Virus record (IMG/VR): IMGVR_UViG_3300020474_000001
Coordinates: 124,001 to 188,000 of that record
Strand: one strand, 5' to 3'
Length of the DNA stretch: 64,000 nucleotides
The notes below the pieces were generated by a model that saw only the letters and a list, made by a program, of their open reading frames with translations, was not told the origin of the DNA and did not search any database. This document shows, piece after piece, positions 8,999 through 18,238 of this stretch. The position numbers and the translations under genes are program-made. The number at the start of each line of letters is the position of its first letter. Positions within the stretch are counted from its first letter, which is position 1.

Positions 8999-9155
8999 AT
9001 TCAAGTGTCCTCTGTTCGTAGTAATTCTCAGATATTATTTTGGCAGTGTATCCAGGATAATACCTTTGAACCCATGCGTTGATCCCCATAGCAGTAATTG
9101 CACTACTACAAACAACTAAAACTTCTTTAGTATCTTCCAATACAATGTGCTTCAT
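8997..9155 (-). CDS. 52-aa hypothetical protein (not in ORF track)
   Basis: Manual translation MKHIVLEDTKEVLVVCSSAITAMGINAWVQRYYPGYTAKIISENYYEQRTLE; 4-nt overlap with the upstream stop. Confidence 0.65.
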   Translation of the reverse strand: MKHIVLEDTKEVLVVCSSAITAMGINAWVQRYYPGYTAKIISENYYEQRTLE

Positions 9156-11281
9156 ACTACTAAAGAAATAAACTCTCCTAGAACTTTTTTATTTAGTTTC
9201 TTTGTTTTAAGAGACTTAATGAAAGCGGATTTAATCTGACCCTTTGTTGCACCATCATTAATGTCAAAATCAGAGTTCTGAGAAAGTGTGGTTGATGACA
9301 TTCCAAAGTAAGCATGATAACCGGACCTAGTGATGCAGAAGCTTCTATTCTTTTTCCAGTCAGAAAAGATCTTATCATAAGAATCGCTACCATAACTATG
9401 GTATTGCCTGATAAAACCATTTGCTTCGCGAGGTGGCAATACTCGGATACCAATAAAGTTTACGTTTGGAAAACTTCCTTTAAGATCCTTCAATAAGGTA
9501 TCTGTAAATTCGTGGAAATATACACCAAAATTCAAAGTAGTTCCGGTCTTCCTATTACGAAGATACCCACGATCACTAGGAATTTTACGTTGACCCAGGT
9601 AAGGTTCATCTTCCCAAGGACGATCTACTAGTACGTGTCTCGCAAGTGGTCCAGCCTCACCGTCTGTAAGAACTATACACTGAACTTTTTGAACACCGGT
9701 TTCTTTACTAAATTTTGGAAGTATATTATGTAGAGTAATCAGAGCCTCATTCAAAGGAGTCCCAGATAAAGAAAGTTTGTCAGGAATACTGTAATTAGAT
9801 TGCCTTAAAGTAAAGTAAGAAGCAATCCTCCAAATGTTAATCATCTGAGTTTGTAAATCCTTACCACTCACTTTACTGGTTAATAAATTCAACATACTAA
9901 AGCAATCATCTACACAGATTAACCCATTTTCTCTTTCATAGTGTGGAGACATATCAACTGCAACATAACGTCCATATTCAGAAGAATATTCCATCTTGTT
10001 CCACTCATTTGTAAAAGCATAAACCTCAAAGGGAATTGATACTTTCTTACAGAACCAAATCAAATTATATAATTGCTTGATCGTATCCAAGAGAACATTA
10101 GACATTGAACCCGACCAATCGAGAACAAACACCAGTCCATGATTCTTTCCATCAGAAAGAGTGGTTACTTTCTTAAAAAGATCTTCACTATACTTATACG
10201 TATGAAGTTTAGAGCAGTCCAAAACACCAGTTCTAGAAGTACTAGCACGGGCATAGGAGTCTGCAGCTTTCTTGCACTCAAACTCCTTTACTAGATAATT
10301 GACTTCTTTTTGTGCTGATTTTTTGAAAGACATGAATTCTGAATCAACAGATTCATAAATGTTCCATGGGGAGACATCATATTCTTTACAATGATCAATC
10401 ATTCTCTGTTTCGATGCATTCTCATATCGGAGACACTCTTTATGAATATCAGAATTGGAAACAATAACTGTATCTAGATTAACATCAGGTATTTCCACAT
10501 ACACATTATCTGAAGAATTATCTCTATTAAGATCTTTAAGTTTTTCCTCAAGACTGTCTACAGTATGTGTGGATGTCTCACTAAATCCACCACCTTTCTT
10601 AGGAGCATCATTCGAATTATTACCATCAGCATCTTCAGATGCCGGATTAATTCCATTTTCTTTTGTTTTTGTACTATCAGATTCTTCTGAAGATTCGGAT
10701 GATTTATTGTGAGAGGCAGGAACAGAAGATTTTTCTTGATCCTTAGATTCACAAAACTCATACAGTTTTCTTGTAGCAGCAATAGCATCTTCAAAGGTTT
10801 CACACTCTGCAATCATTTGAACAATAGGTTTTTCACTATTCTCAAAGGATATATCACCATGACTACCAATCTTAAAATAAAGATTGACTCGATCAGGTAA
10901 GCTCATTTTAGAAATATCTTCTCCAGAAATGCAAAAGAAATCTCTATCAGATAGCTCTTTGTATCCCTTAAAGAAACTTTTTGAAAGACCAGGATACCTA
11001 CGCTTCATCAACTTTTCAATACGAGCATCCTCTACAATATTGAACACAGAGTGAGGAACTTCTTTTGGTGGATCCACATTTGGAGTGAACAGAGCATGTC
11101 CAACTTCATGACCAACCAACAAATCATAAACAGAATTGCTGGCACGATCCCAGAGAGGAAGGGTCAAAACTCTGGTTTCTACATTGAACTGTGCTGTCTC
11201 AACACTTCGGTTCTCTACAATGATATCTTCCGTAGCGAGCAACTTTGCCAGTTGAGACTTGATTTCGTGTGAAATGGGCAT
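9152..11281 (-). CDS. CobT-like protein: N-terminal HExxH metallopeptidase-like domain plus vWA domain
   Basis: LVGHEVGHAL, NIVEDARIEK, MIDAS LDWSGSM, SGTPLNEAL, VLTDGE. Confidence 0.85.
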   Translation of the reverse strand: MPISHEIKSQLAKLLATEDIIVENRSVETAQFNVETRVLTLPLWDRASNSVYDLLVGHEVGHALFTPNVDPPKEVPHSVFNIVEDARIEKLMKRRYPGLSKSFFKGYKELSDRDFFCISGEDISKMSLPDRVNLYFKIGSHGDISFENSEKPIVQMIAECETFEDAIAATRKLYEFCESKDQEKSSVPASHNKSSESSEESDSTKTKENGINPASEDADGNNSNDAPKKGGGFSETSTHTVDSLEEKLKDLNRDNSSDNVYVEIPDVNLDTVIVSNSDIHKECLRYENASKQRMIDHCKEYDVSPWNIYESVDSEFMSFKKSAQKEVNYLVKEFECKKAADSYARASTSRTGVLDCSKLHTYKYSEDLFKKVTTLSDGKNHGLVFVLDWSGSMSNVLLDTIKQLYNLIWFCKKVSIPFEVYAFTNEWNKMEYSSEYGRYVAVDMSPHYERENGLICVDDCFSMLNLLTSKVSGKDLQTQMINIWRIASYFTLRQSNYSIPDKLSLSGTPLNEALITLHNILPKFSKETGVQKVQCIVLTDGEAGPLARHVLVDRPWEDEPYLGQRKIPSDRGYLRNRKTGTTLNFGVYFHEFTDTLLKDLKGSFPNVNFIGIRVLPPREANGFIRQYHSYGSDSYDKIFSDWKKNRSFCITRSGYHAYFGMSSTTLSQNSDFDINDGATKGQIKSAFIKSLKTKKLNKKVLGEFISLVV

Positions 11282-11302
11282 CGTCGTTTTGCGTATGCAT
11301 CA

Positions 11303-11360
11303 ATTATAGGGAAGGTGGGGCAGGTTCTGGGGCAGAGTAGACAGTTTTTCAACTGGTCAC
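11303..11360 (-). promoter_or_regulatory. Palindrome-associated promoter of the vWA gene
   Basis: GTAGACAGTT-tttc-AACTGGTCAC (11337-11360), 28 nt, then -10 TATAAT (11303-11308). Confidence 0.65.
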
Positions 11361-13064
11361 CATGCGACTAAATCCCTTAATCTTCTCAAACTTAATGGTA
11401 TCCTGAAACTTATCAAATAAACTTTCTTTGTGTGAGATGACAAAGACATTGGCATCACTCACAACATAATTGATAATTTTTAGAAACTCTTCTGTTCCAA
11501 ATGCATCGAGAGAACTATCAAATACTTCATCCATGATTAGTAGATTAGTATTTACAGAATTTTTCATTCTTGCAACTTCTCTCCAGGTAAACAAAAGAGC
11601 CAAATCTATTCTCATCTTTTCACCTTCACTAAAAGAAGAGTAAGAGAAATTATCATGTATAGCAGATTGTATTGTCTCATTAAACTCACCATCAAGACTA
11701 AAGTTGATGTAGATATCCATCATTTGAAGATATCGATTTACCTGCTGATTGATTAGAGGAAGATACTTACTAACAATCTTAGATTTAACCCCACCATCCT
11801 TTAGTAGCGAGTATGAAAACTCATAGTGACAAACTTTTTCACGTATCTCTGCTATTTGTTCAAGAGATTCTCCCAATCTTTTTTCATACTCTTGCAGTTT
11901 TTCGACTTCAGTATTTTTGTCTGCAATCTGGGAGGTAATTCCTTGAATTTCCGATTCCAAACTCTTGATTTGTTTGCGAATCTCAGAGATCGTAGTATTG
12001 TTTGTAGATATGCCATGCGTTAGAGATGTTATCTCCTTTGTGAGTTTATTGAGTTGATGCTCTCTCTCTTCTTCATTTTTAATTGCCTGTTCAAGTTCTG
12101 TAAACCCGGATTGCAACTCTACTATTTTATTTTGAGCATCGTTAATTTTATTTATTCTGAAGTCTTCGTCAATGGACTGCGTGCATGTCGGGCAAACCGT
12201 ATTGCTAGTAAAAAACTTATGATCTTTAGATACCGACTCGATGCGATGAGATATCTTCCCTCTAAGTTGATTCAACTTTTTTAACTTAGTTTTTCCATCA
12301 GACCAATCATCAAATTCAATCTGCTTCTCAACAATACTATCTTCATACTTCTCATTCTTCTTCATATGATCCAACATCTCATCTTCCAGTTTATCAATTC
12401 GATTGTGCTTTGATTCAATCATGAACTCAGCATCACGCTCAACCTTTTCGATAAACTCCTTTTGCATATTATACTTATCTGTAAGGGAAGTTTTTTTAAG
12501 ATCAGATATCTTAAGATTTTCTTTTAACTCTCTTATCCTTTCCTTAATCAACAAATTCATATTAGAAAATACTCTAATGTCCAACAAATCTTCAATCACT
12601 TCACGACGATTTGCTGGTGATAATTGCATGAATGGGACAAAACTACTACTTCCCAAAATTACAAGTTGTGTAAATGACTTATAATTCATCTTCAAAACAT
12701 TTTGTTCAAACCACTTCTGCTGATCTACAGCTGAAGCATGTTGATCTAGCAAACTATTATTTCTCCATATTTCAAATACATTCGGTTTTATCCCCCGAAC
12801 AACTTTCCACTTAACAGAAGAGATTTCAAACTCTATCACCACCAAGCAATCCTTTTCATTTACCGAATTTGGAAGCTGTGGTTTATTGATTTTACGAAAA
12901 GGTTTAGCAAACAAAGAAAATGTCAATGCATCCAAAATAGTGCTTTTGCCAGCACCATTTGTGCCAATAATCAACGTAGTTGATTTACCGGTTAAATTCA
13001 CTTCTGTAAATTGGTTGCCAGTAGAAAGAAAATTCTTCCAACTAATCTTCTCAAATAAAATCAT
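11349..13064 (-). CDS. g46: Recombination endonuclease ATPase subunit gp46 (Rad50/SbcC-like)
   Basis: GTNGAGKST, zinc hook CPTC, SFSEGEK, LIMDEVFDSSLD. Confidence 0.97.
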   Translation of the reverse strand: MILFEKISWKNFLSTGNQFTEVNLTGKSTTLIIGTNGAGKSTILDALTFSLFAKPFRKINKPQLPNSVNEKDCLVVIEFEISSVKWKVVRGIKPNVFEIWRNNSLLDQHASAVDQQKWFEQNVLKMNYKSFTQLVILGSSSFVPFMQLSPANRREVIEDLLDIRVFSNMNLLIKERIRELKENLKISDLKKTSLTDKYNMQKEFIEKVERDAEFMIESKHNRIDKLEDEMLDHMKKNEKYEDSIVEKQIEFDDWSDGKTKLKKLNQLRGKISHRIESVSKDHKFFTSNTVCPTCTQSIDEDFRINKINDAQNKIVELQSGFTELEQAIKNEEEREHQLNKLTKEITSLTHGISTNNTTISEIRKQIKSLESEIQGITSQIADKNTEVEKLQEYEKRLGESLEQIAEIREKVCHYEFSYSLLKDGGVKSKIVSKYLPLINQQVNRYLQMMDIYINFSLDGEFNETIQSAIHDNFSYSSFSEGEKMRIDLALLFTWREVARMKNSVNTNLLIMDEVFDSSLDAFGTEEFLKIINYVVSDANVFVISHKESLFDKFQDTIKFEKIKGFSRMVTS

Positions 13065-13323
13065 TGTTTCCTTCCTGAGGTACTACAAAATCGTTTTTCG
13101 TAATAATTGCATACTTACAGTCATTAACTTCACAACTACTAATAGCTACATCCGTATCAACTTCGATTACATGCATCTCTGGAGATCCATCTTCTTCAAG
13201 CATTAGACTAAATCTAATAGCATCATCTTCTTCTTCAAAAAAATATATTACTTCCTCCTTTTTCTCATTGATAGCATAGTAAATGGTTTCTGCTTCTCTG
13301 CCCAAAATAGTAATTACAAACAT
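13051..13323 (-). CDS. Hypothetical protein between g47 and g46
   Basis: ORF track; YFFEEEDDAIRFSLMLEE; operon spacing. Confidence 0.75.
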   Translation of the reverse strand: MFVITILGREAETIYYAINEKKEEVIYFFEEEDDAIRFSLMLEEDGSPEMHVIEVDTDVAISSCEVNDCKYAIITKNDFVVPQEGNNDFI

Positions 13324-13324
13324 A

Positions 13325-14368
13325 TTATATCATCTCACATGCTTCTTGGTAAACTTGCTTCATAATCATCTGTATCTTGGATTTGTCAATATCAACTTCG
13401 GACTCTTCAATATACCTATTCAAAATGGACAAAGTATCTTCAGTTTCAAAAGCCTCAAACTCTTCATTCTCATGTATATCAAAGTTCTCAACAATTTTAA
13501 GATCAGCAACTCCAGCTGAATATAACTTATCGATTACCTTTTCAAATTCTTTAGGTCTAGGTTTATTGCGAACAATTACCTTGACAATTTTATCTTTATA
13601 TGGTCTTGAATCAAGAAGAGATGCTGGTTCATCATCATAATACAACTTTGTAAATAACTTGTAAGGATTATCGATCGGTGTAAGTTCTAAAGTATCGGTG
13701 TCAAATATATGAAATCCTCTAGGATCATCCACATCATTCCAGTAAATTTCATAAGGATTTCCCAGATAAGTTATTTTCCCATCAGTTGATCGAGTGTGAT
13801 AATGACCACTGAATACCTTATCAAACTTATTAAATGATTCGCGATCAAAACCATGCTGCATGAAGACGTGCTTATTAGCTGCAAATCCTGCTAGTTCAAG
13901 GTGTCCCATTGACACTCTACAATCTGTCTTATCAATAAGTTTAAAAGTTTTTTTCTCGTTTTGAGAATTGATCCAAGGAATGAATAAAATCTTGAGTTTG
14001 TCTACCAATACCTCTTTTGCTTCTGAATATACACTCACATTATCATACTCACGAAGTAACAAATCTACTGCATTTACATCGTTTGTATTCTTATGATATG
14101 CATCATGATTGCCAACAATCAAATGAACTTTGATTCCACGTTCTTTGATTGGGTCAAAAATATTATTCTTTGCCCAAGACAAGGCACCAAAATTTACCCC
14201 AGTCCGATTATCAAAGGCATCTCCAAGATGTAAGATAGTACTAATACCTTCTTTGTCTATTGTAGGGAAGAAAACGTCATTATAAAATTTCAAAAAATAA
14301 TCATGAAATAGTTTAGAGTTTTTACGGGCACCGTAGTGTGTGTCCGTAATAATTGCAACTTTCATCAA
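13325..14368 (-). CDS. g47: Recombination endonuclease nuclease subunit gp47 (Mre11/SbcD-like)
   Basis: ITDTHYG, HLGDAFD, VGNHD, SGHYH phosphoesterase motifs. Confidence 0.97.
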   Translation of the reverse strand: MMKVAIITDTHYGARKNSKLFHDYFLKFYNDVFFPTIDKEGISTILHLGDAFDNRTGVNFGALSWAKNNIFDPIKERGIKVHLIVGNHDAYHKNTNDVNAVDLLLREYDNVSVYSEAKEVLVDKLKILFIPWINSQNEKKTFKLIDKTDCRVSMGHLELAGFAANKHVFMQHGFDRESFNKFDKVFSGHYHTRSTDGKITYLGNPYEIYWNDVDDPRGFHIFDTDTLELTPIDNPYKLFTKLYYDDEPASLLDSRPYKDKIVKVIVRNKPRPKEFEKVIDKLYSAGVADLKIVENFDIHENEEFEAFETEDTLSILNRYIEESEVDIDKSKIQMIMKQVYQEACEMI

Positions 14369-14901
14369 TACCGAAGTTTGGAGTGTACCTGGTCCTTAAT
14401 TTGATTATAGTCAGAATAGTTCGATCCGTCAAGTGTGTTGCTATCATCAAACACTTCGTTATAACCTGACCTCTCAATAATTTTATTTTTAATATCTAAC
14501 TGACGCTTCTCTCTTTGGATACGACGAAGGAATGCGTAGTGAATGATTTGTGTGAAGTATGCAAAAGGATTCTGAGATTTCTGTGGATCAAAATTATGAA
14601 TGTACTGAACACAGTTTTCAATCCCATCAGATATCATATCCTCCTTGAACATATAGTTCACAAAGTTTGGTTTGAATGACAAGTGATTCGCAATCTTTAA
14701 AAAACACTCACCAATGTAATTTGGTATTGGTGGTTTTGTATCCCATCTAGTTGCTCTATCTGCCTTCTCTGGCTCTCTGCCGTACTTCTTAATAAATGTT
14801 CTCTCAACCTCTGCTCTGTATGCAGAAAGTGCTGCTAAAAACTCTTTATTATTAACATAGTGCTCTGATCTTTTTCTTTTTGCCACAGTATTTCCCAACA
14901 T
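14365..14901 (-). CDS. g55: Late-transcription sigma factor gp55
   Basis: HYVNNKEFL, YIGECFLKIA, EDMISDGIENC, NPFAYFTQI. Confidence 0.97.
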   Translation of the reverse strand: MLGNTVAKRKRSEHYVNNKEFLAALSAYRAEVERTFIKKYGREPEKADRATRWDTKPPIPNYIGECFLKIANHLSFKPNFVNYMFKEDMISDGIENCVQYIHNFDPQKSQNPFAYFTQIIHYAFLRRIQREKRQLDIKNKIIERSGYNEVFDDSNTLDGSNYSDYNQIKDQVHSKLRY

Positions 14902-14926
14902 AAGATACTCTAATAATTATGTAGTA

Positions 14927-14977
14927 ATTATATCACTGAAACGTGGTATTGACAAATCCTCAAAATACCTCTAGAAT
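14927..14977. promoter_or_regulatory. Back-to-back sigma70-type promoters sharing a -35 region
   Basis: Minus: TTGTCA-17-TATAAT towards g55; plus: TTGACA(14949)-17-TAGAAT(14972), antisense to the upstream genes. Confidence 0.7.
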
Positions 14978-15018
14978 AACTATGTCAGGGTTGATAAGAA
15001 ATACTATAGATATAGATA

Positions 15019-15432
15019 TTACTCAGTATCAGTTTCAGTTTCTTTGTTAAAGAGTCTTTCTAAAATCTCTTTGGCATCATTAATATTGGAGATATATCCC
15101 ATTTCTTTAGTAATGTTTCCAGATCCACCCTTGTTCTTTTTTTTATTCTGATGAATAAACTCTTGATGCATTTTAATTACATCTATATCAGAAGATTCTG
15201 ATATTGTTAGTACATCGTCTAAACTTATTATATACATGTCATCTTTAGACATTTTGATCCAAGGTTCAACTTTATATCCAATCACATCTCCTTTAATGTG
15301 AACCTCTCCAATTATAACAGGATTTGATAGTATAAGGAATATTTTGTCACCTTCTTCTGAAGCAGCTACTTTTGCAAATATTTCTTCACTATTCTTCAGT
15401 TTTATGACTGCGTAAAAATCCTCTTCTATCAC
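15019..15432 (-). CDS. Hypothetical protein between uvsW and g55
   Basis: ORF track; FYAVIKLKNSEEIFAKV...KVEPW; operon spacing. Confidence 0.8.
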   Translation of the reverse strand: MIEEDFYAVIKLKNSEEIFAKVAASEEGDKIFLILSNPVIIGEVHIKGDVIGYKVEPWIKMSKDDMYIISLDDVLTISESSDIDVIKMHQEFIHQNKKKNKGGSGNITKEMGYISNINDAKEILERLFNKETETDTE

Positions 15433-16916
15433 ATTGAATCTCCTTTTCTAATTTGAATTGTGATTATCTCATAATTAAATTTTTCTTCATTATAGATTTT
15501 AATTCTTTCAATTAAATGGTTAAGTGTGTAGTTATTTCTGGACCCCTTTCGGATATCATCACCAATATCATATAGAACTGCTTTTGATTTAGTGCTACTT
15601 CTTCGCAATACCCTGCCAATAGACTGGAGATTCCTAATTCTAGACTTGGAAGGAGAAGCAAAAATGACATTATGCAAATTCTTTATATTAATACCTGTAG
15701 AGAATGTGCCATAAGAAGCTACAATGATTGCATGATTTTCTCTCTCAGTAATCTCACGAATCAATTCTCTTTGTTCAGTGTCAACTCCACCATGGACAAA
15801 GAATACTTTATGGTCATCTCGCTTATCACTATTTATCTTTTCATATAGTATAGCTCCATGACTTTCAACTCTTTGAAAGAGAACCAAAGTATTTCCTTTG
15901 AGATCTAGTGCTAAATTTTTAATGAAGTTGTTTCTTTGATCGTGTGTTATTAGATATTGAATTTCATCTTCATAAGTTTCAAATGTATTCTCGGGATGTT
16001 TTAATACAAGACACTGAATATCTAATTGAGCAAGATGTCCTTGTCTCATCAATTCTTCTGTTTTTGTTACTTTGTATGAAGGTCCAAACAATCCCTCTAA
16101 GACCCACTTATGCGTCTGTGTGCCGTCTAAAGTGCCTGTAAACCCAAATCTATACTTTGCATGGTGTAATTTGGTCATGATTTGAATCAATGACTTGCTC
16201 TTGAATAAATGAGCTTCATCACCTATAATGACGTTGTAATCTTCAAAGAAAGATCTATCTAACTTGTAAATAGATTGCCATGTAGTAATTGTAACTGGCA
16301 TTTCATTACTTTTCTCTCTACCAGAATAAATTTTGTGACAATATGACTGAGAATCCCAACCATAATCTTCAAAGTCCTTATACAACTGCTCTACTAAAGA
16401 TGTCGTTGGAAGAACTAGTAATATTTTTTCGCCTTGAGAATGATAGTATCTCACGATTGAGTAAATCATCAGAGATTTTCCAGAAGCAGTTGGACTTATC
16501 AATAGCTTCCTGTTATGTCTTAACGCACCATAAACTCCTTCAACCTGATACTTTCTAGGTCTGTGTCTACTGATTGCCTCCATGTATCCCTGGACACCCT
16601 CATAAGTAATATCGTCGTTCTCCTCATATGGAGTGCCATAGAACTTATTGTCTTCAAATTTGTAGGTATAATTATAATTATTACAAAACTGCACAATTTT
16701 ATCTAACAGACCAACATATATCTGCTTAGATCTGATATCAAATAAGTGTATCTCTCCATTCCAGTTTCTACCACGATACTGTGGCATAAACTTTGCATTT
16801 GGTACTTCAAACGTGAAGTGGTCTCTTAACTCATACTCAATATGAGGTTCTGTTTTTACTTTTAAAAATACTTCGTTTGACTTTGAAATAATAAGATTTC
16901 CTTTTGCTTCAATCAC
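15429..16916 (-). CDS. uvsW: UvsW RNA-DNA/DNA-DNA helicase
   Basis: SPTASGKS, GDEAH, TGT, QSIGRVLR SF2 motifs. Confidence 0.96.
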   Translation of the reverse strand: MIEAKGNLIISKSNEVFLKVKTEPHIEYELRDHFTFEVPNAKFMPQYRGRNWNGEIHLFDIRSKQIYVGLLDKIVQFCNNYNYTYKFEDNKFYGTPYEENDDITYEGVQGYMEAISRHRPRKYQVEGVYGALRHNRKLLISPTASGKSLMIYSIVRYYHSQGEKILLVLPTTSLVEQLYKDFEDYGWDSQSYCHKIYSGREKSNEMPVTITTWQSIYKLDRSFFEDYNVIIGDEAHLFKSKSLIQIMTKLHHAKYRFGFTGTLDGTQTHKWVLEGLFGPSYKVTKTEELMRQGHLAQLDIQCLVLKHPENTFETYEDEIQYLITHDQRNNFIKNLALDLKGNTLVLFQRVESHGAILYEKINSDKRDDHKVFFVHGGVDTEQRELIREITERENHAIIVASYGTFSTGINIKNLHNVIFASPSKSRIRNLQSIGRVLRRSSTKSKAVLYDIGDDIRKGSRNNYTLNHLIERIKIYNEEKFNYEIITIQIRKGDSM

Positions 16917-16943
16917 AAATGTTCATCCATCTGTGAGTATTTA

Positions 16944-17144
16944 TCACATCTCGTGGAACTTATGATCCAATATACAACGATACAAATTATCTCTCAATTC
17001 CCACAACTGCTCTTGCTCTTCAACTGGTCTAGCAGGAGATCCTGGCCAATTTTTGATTGTTTCTTGAACACAATGATACATTAAGTATATATCTTCTATA
17101 CTTGCATCTAGTTGATAGTACCCATCACCGAACTCTTCTTCCAT
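16944..17144 (-). CDS. Hypothetical protein
   Basis: ORF track; start abuts the uvsY stop. Confidence 0.7.
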   Translation of the reverse strand: MEEEFGDGYYQLDASIEDIYLMYHCVQETIKNWPGSPARPVEEQEQLWELRDNLYRCILDHKFHEM

Positions 17145-17581
17145 TATCCTAGACCTGCATTAAATTTCATGAACTCAAGAGATGCATTTATTTGATATGA
17201 TCGATTGGCAATCATTTTAAGTATACTCATTATATATTCTAAAGTAACATCATAATATTTAATTTTCATCGAAAGTCCTGAGAGTTTATCATCTGCATCC
17301 AAATACTTTTGCATAGTTTCCTTATCTCTAATCTTTTTGGGAAATGGATTCTCTTGATAGACCTCTGGGTCTGCTTTCCCTGAATAGAATTCGTATCTTT
17401 CATGCCTTATATTTTTTCTCTGCTGTTCTGCTCTAGATTTAAGTAACATTATATTATTATACAAATCATGATATTTTGCATGAAGAACTGGAATGTTAAT
17501 TGCTTCAGTGTGAAGATTGTCCATATCCATCTTTGAATCCTTCTCCCACATTTTCTGAATCACTTCAAGATCAATGCTCAT
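17144..17581 (-). CDS. uvsY: Recombination mediator UvsY
   Basis: IQKMWEKDSKMD, LHAKY, RYEFYSGKA, YLDAD, RSYQIN. Confidence 0.93.
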   Translation of the reverse strand: MSIDLEVIQKMWEKDSKMDMDNLHTEAINIPVLHAKYHDLYNNIMLLKSRAEQQRKNIRHERYEFYSGKADPEVYQENPFPKKIRDKETMQKYLDADDKLSGLSMKIKYYDVTLEYIMSILKMIANRSYQINASLEFMKFNAGLG

Positions 17582-18159
17582 AAGGGTCGCCCTTCTTTAT
17601 CGAGTATACTGTACATAGTATACTTGAAACCTACCTCTGCTGTAAAGTACTCGATATCTGTGTCAGTGGCATCAAACTCAAGTGTAGTTAATGTGTATGG
17701 AAATAGATCTTTGAAGTTTATTTCGAACTTTGGTGTAAAATTACTACCAAGAACTTGCAGAGTCCCATCAGAGTAAATGTTATGTCCAGATCCCCACTTT
17801 ACCTTAGTTTTTTTATATTCTTGTGTAAACATTAGAGATTCTCCTTCTTCATGGAGCTTTGAAAATTGTGTAGAATCTTCTGGGAATCCTAGTCCTCTTA
17901 TCCAGTTTTGTATCTCCAAATAATTCTCCAGATCTTCATCTACCATAAATCTAATATTTAAGTCACCAAACTCTACAATCTCACCTGGTTGTGGAATAGG
18001 TCTATAGTAATTTGGTTGCACTGTCGTGCCGAGTGATATATCTGGAATATTTGCTTTGTTGCAAAAGAATGCAACTTTAGGACTACGATTCAAAGAGAAT
18101 TTAAATCCTACTGGAGACAAAAAATTTCTATTTTCAATTTGTCTTGCAAAATTTGACAT
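17578..18159 (-). CDS. g3: Tail tube terminator / head-proximal tip gp3
   Basis: NFLSPVGFKF, ANIPDISLG, FMVDEDLENYLEIQNW, FKDLFPYTLTTLEFD. Confidence 0.88.
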   Translation of the reverse strand: MSNFARQIENRNFLSPVGFKFSLNRSPKVAFFCNKANIPDISLGTTVQPNYYRPIPQPGEIVEFGDLNIRFMVDEDLENYLEIQNWIRGLGFPEDSTQFSKLHEEGESLMFTQEYKKTKVKWGSGHNIYSDGTLQVLGSNFTPKFEINFKDLFPYTLTTLEFDATDTDIEYFTAEVGFKYTMYSILDKEGRPL

Positions 18160-18179
18160 TTTATTGAATATTTATGGAT

Positions 18180-18206
18180 AAAAAAAGAGGGTCTCGAAAG
18201 ACCCTC
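18180..18206 (-). terminator. Intrinsic terminator after g23
   Basis: GAGGGTCT-N4-AGACCCTC with a T-run on the minus strand. Confidence 0.85.
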
Positions 18207-18238
18207 AAACACTTCCTTCACACGGAAATTATATTATA

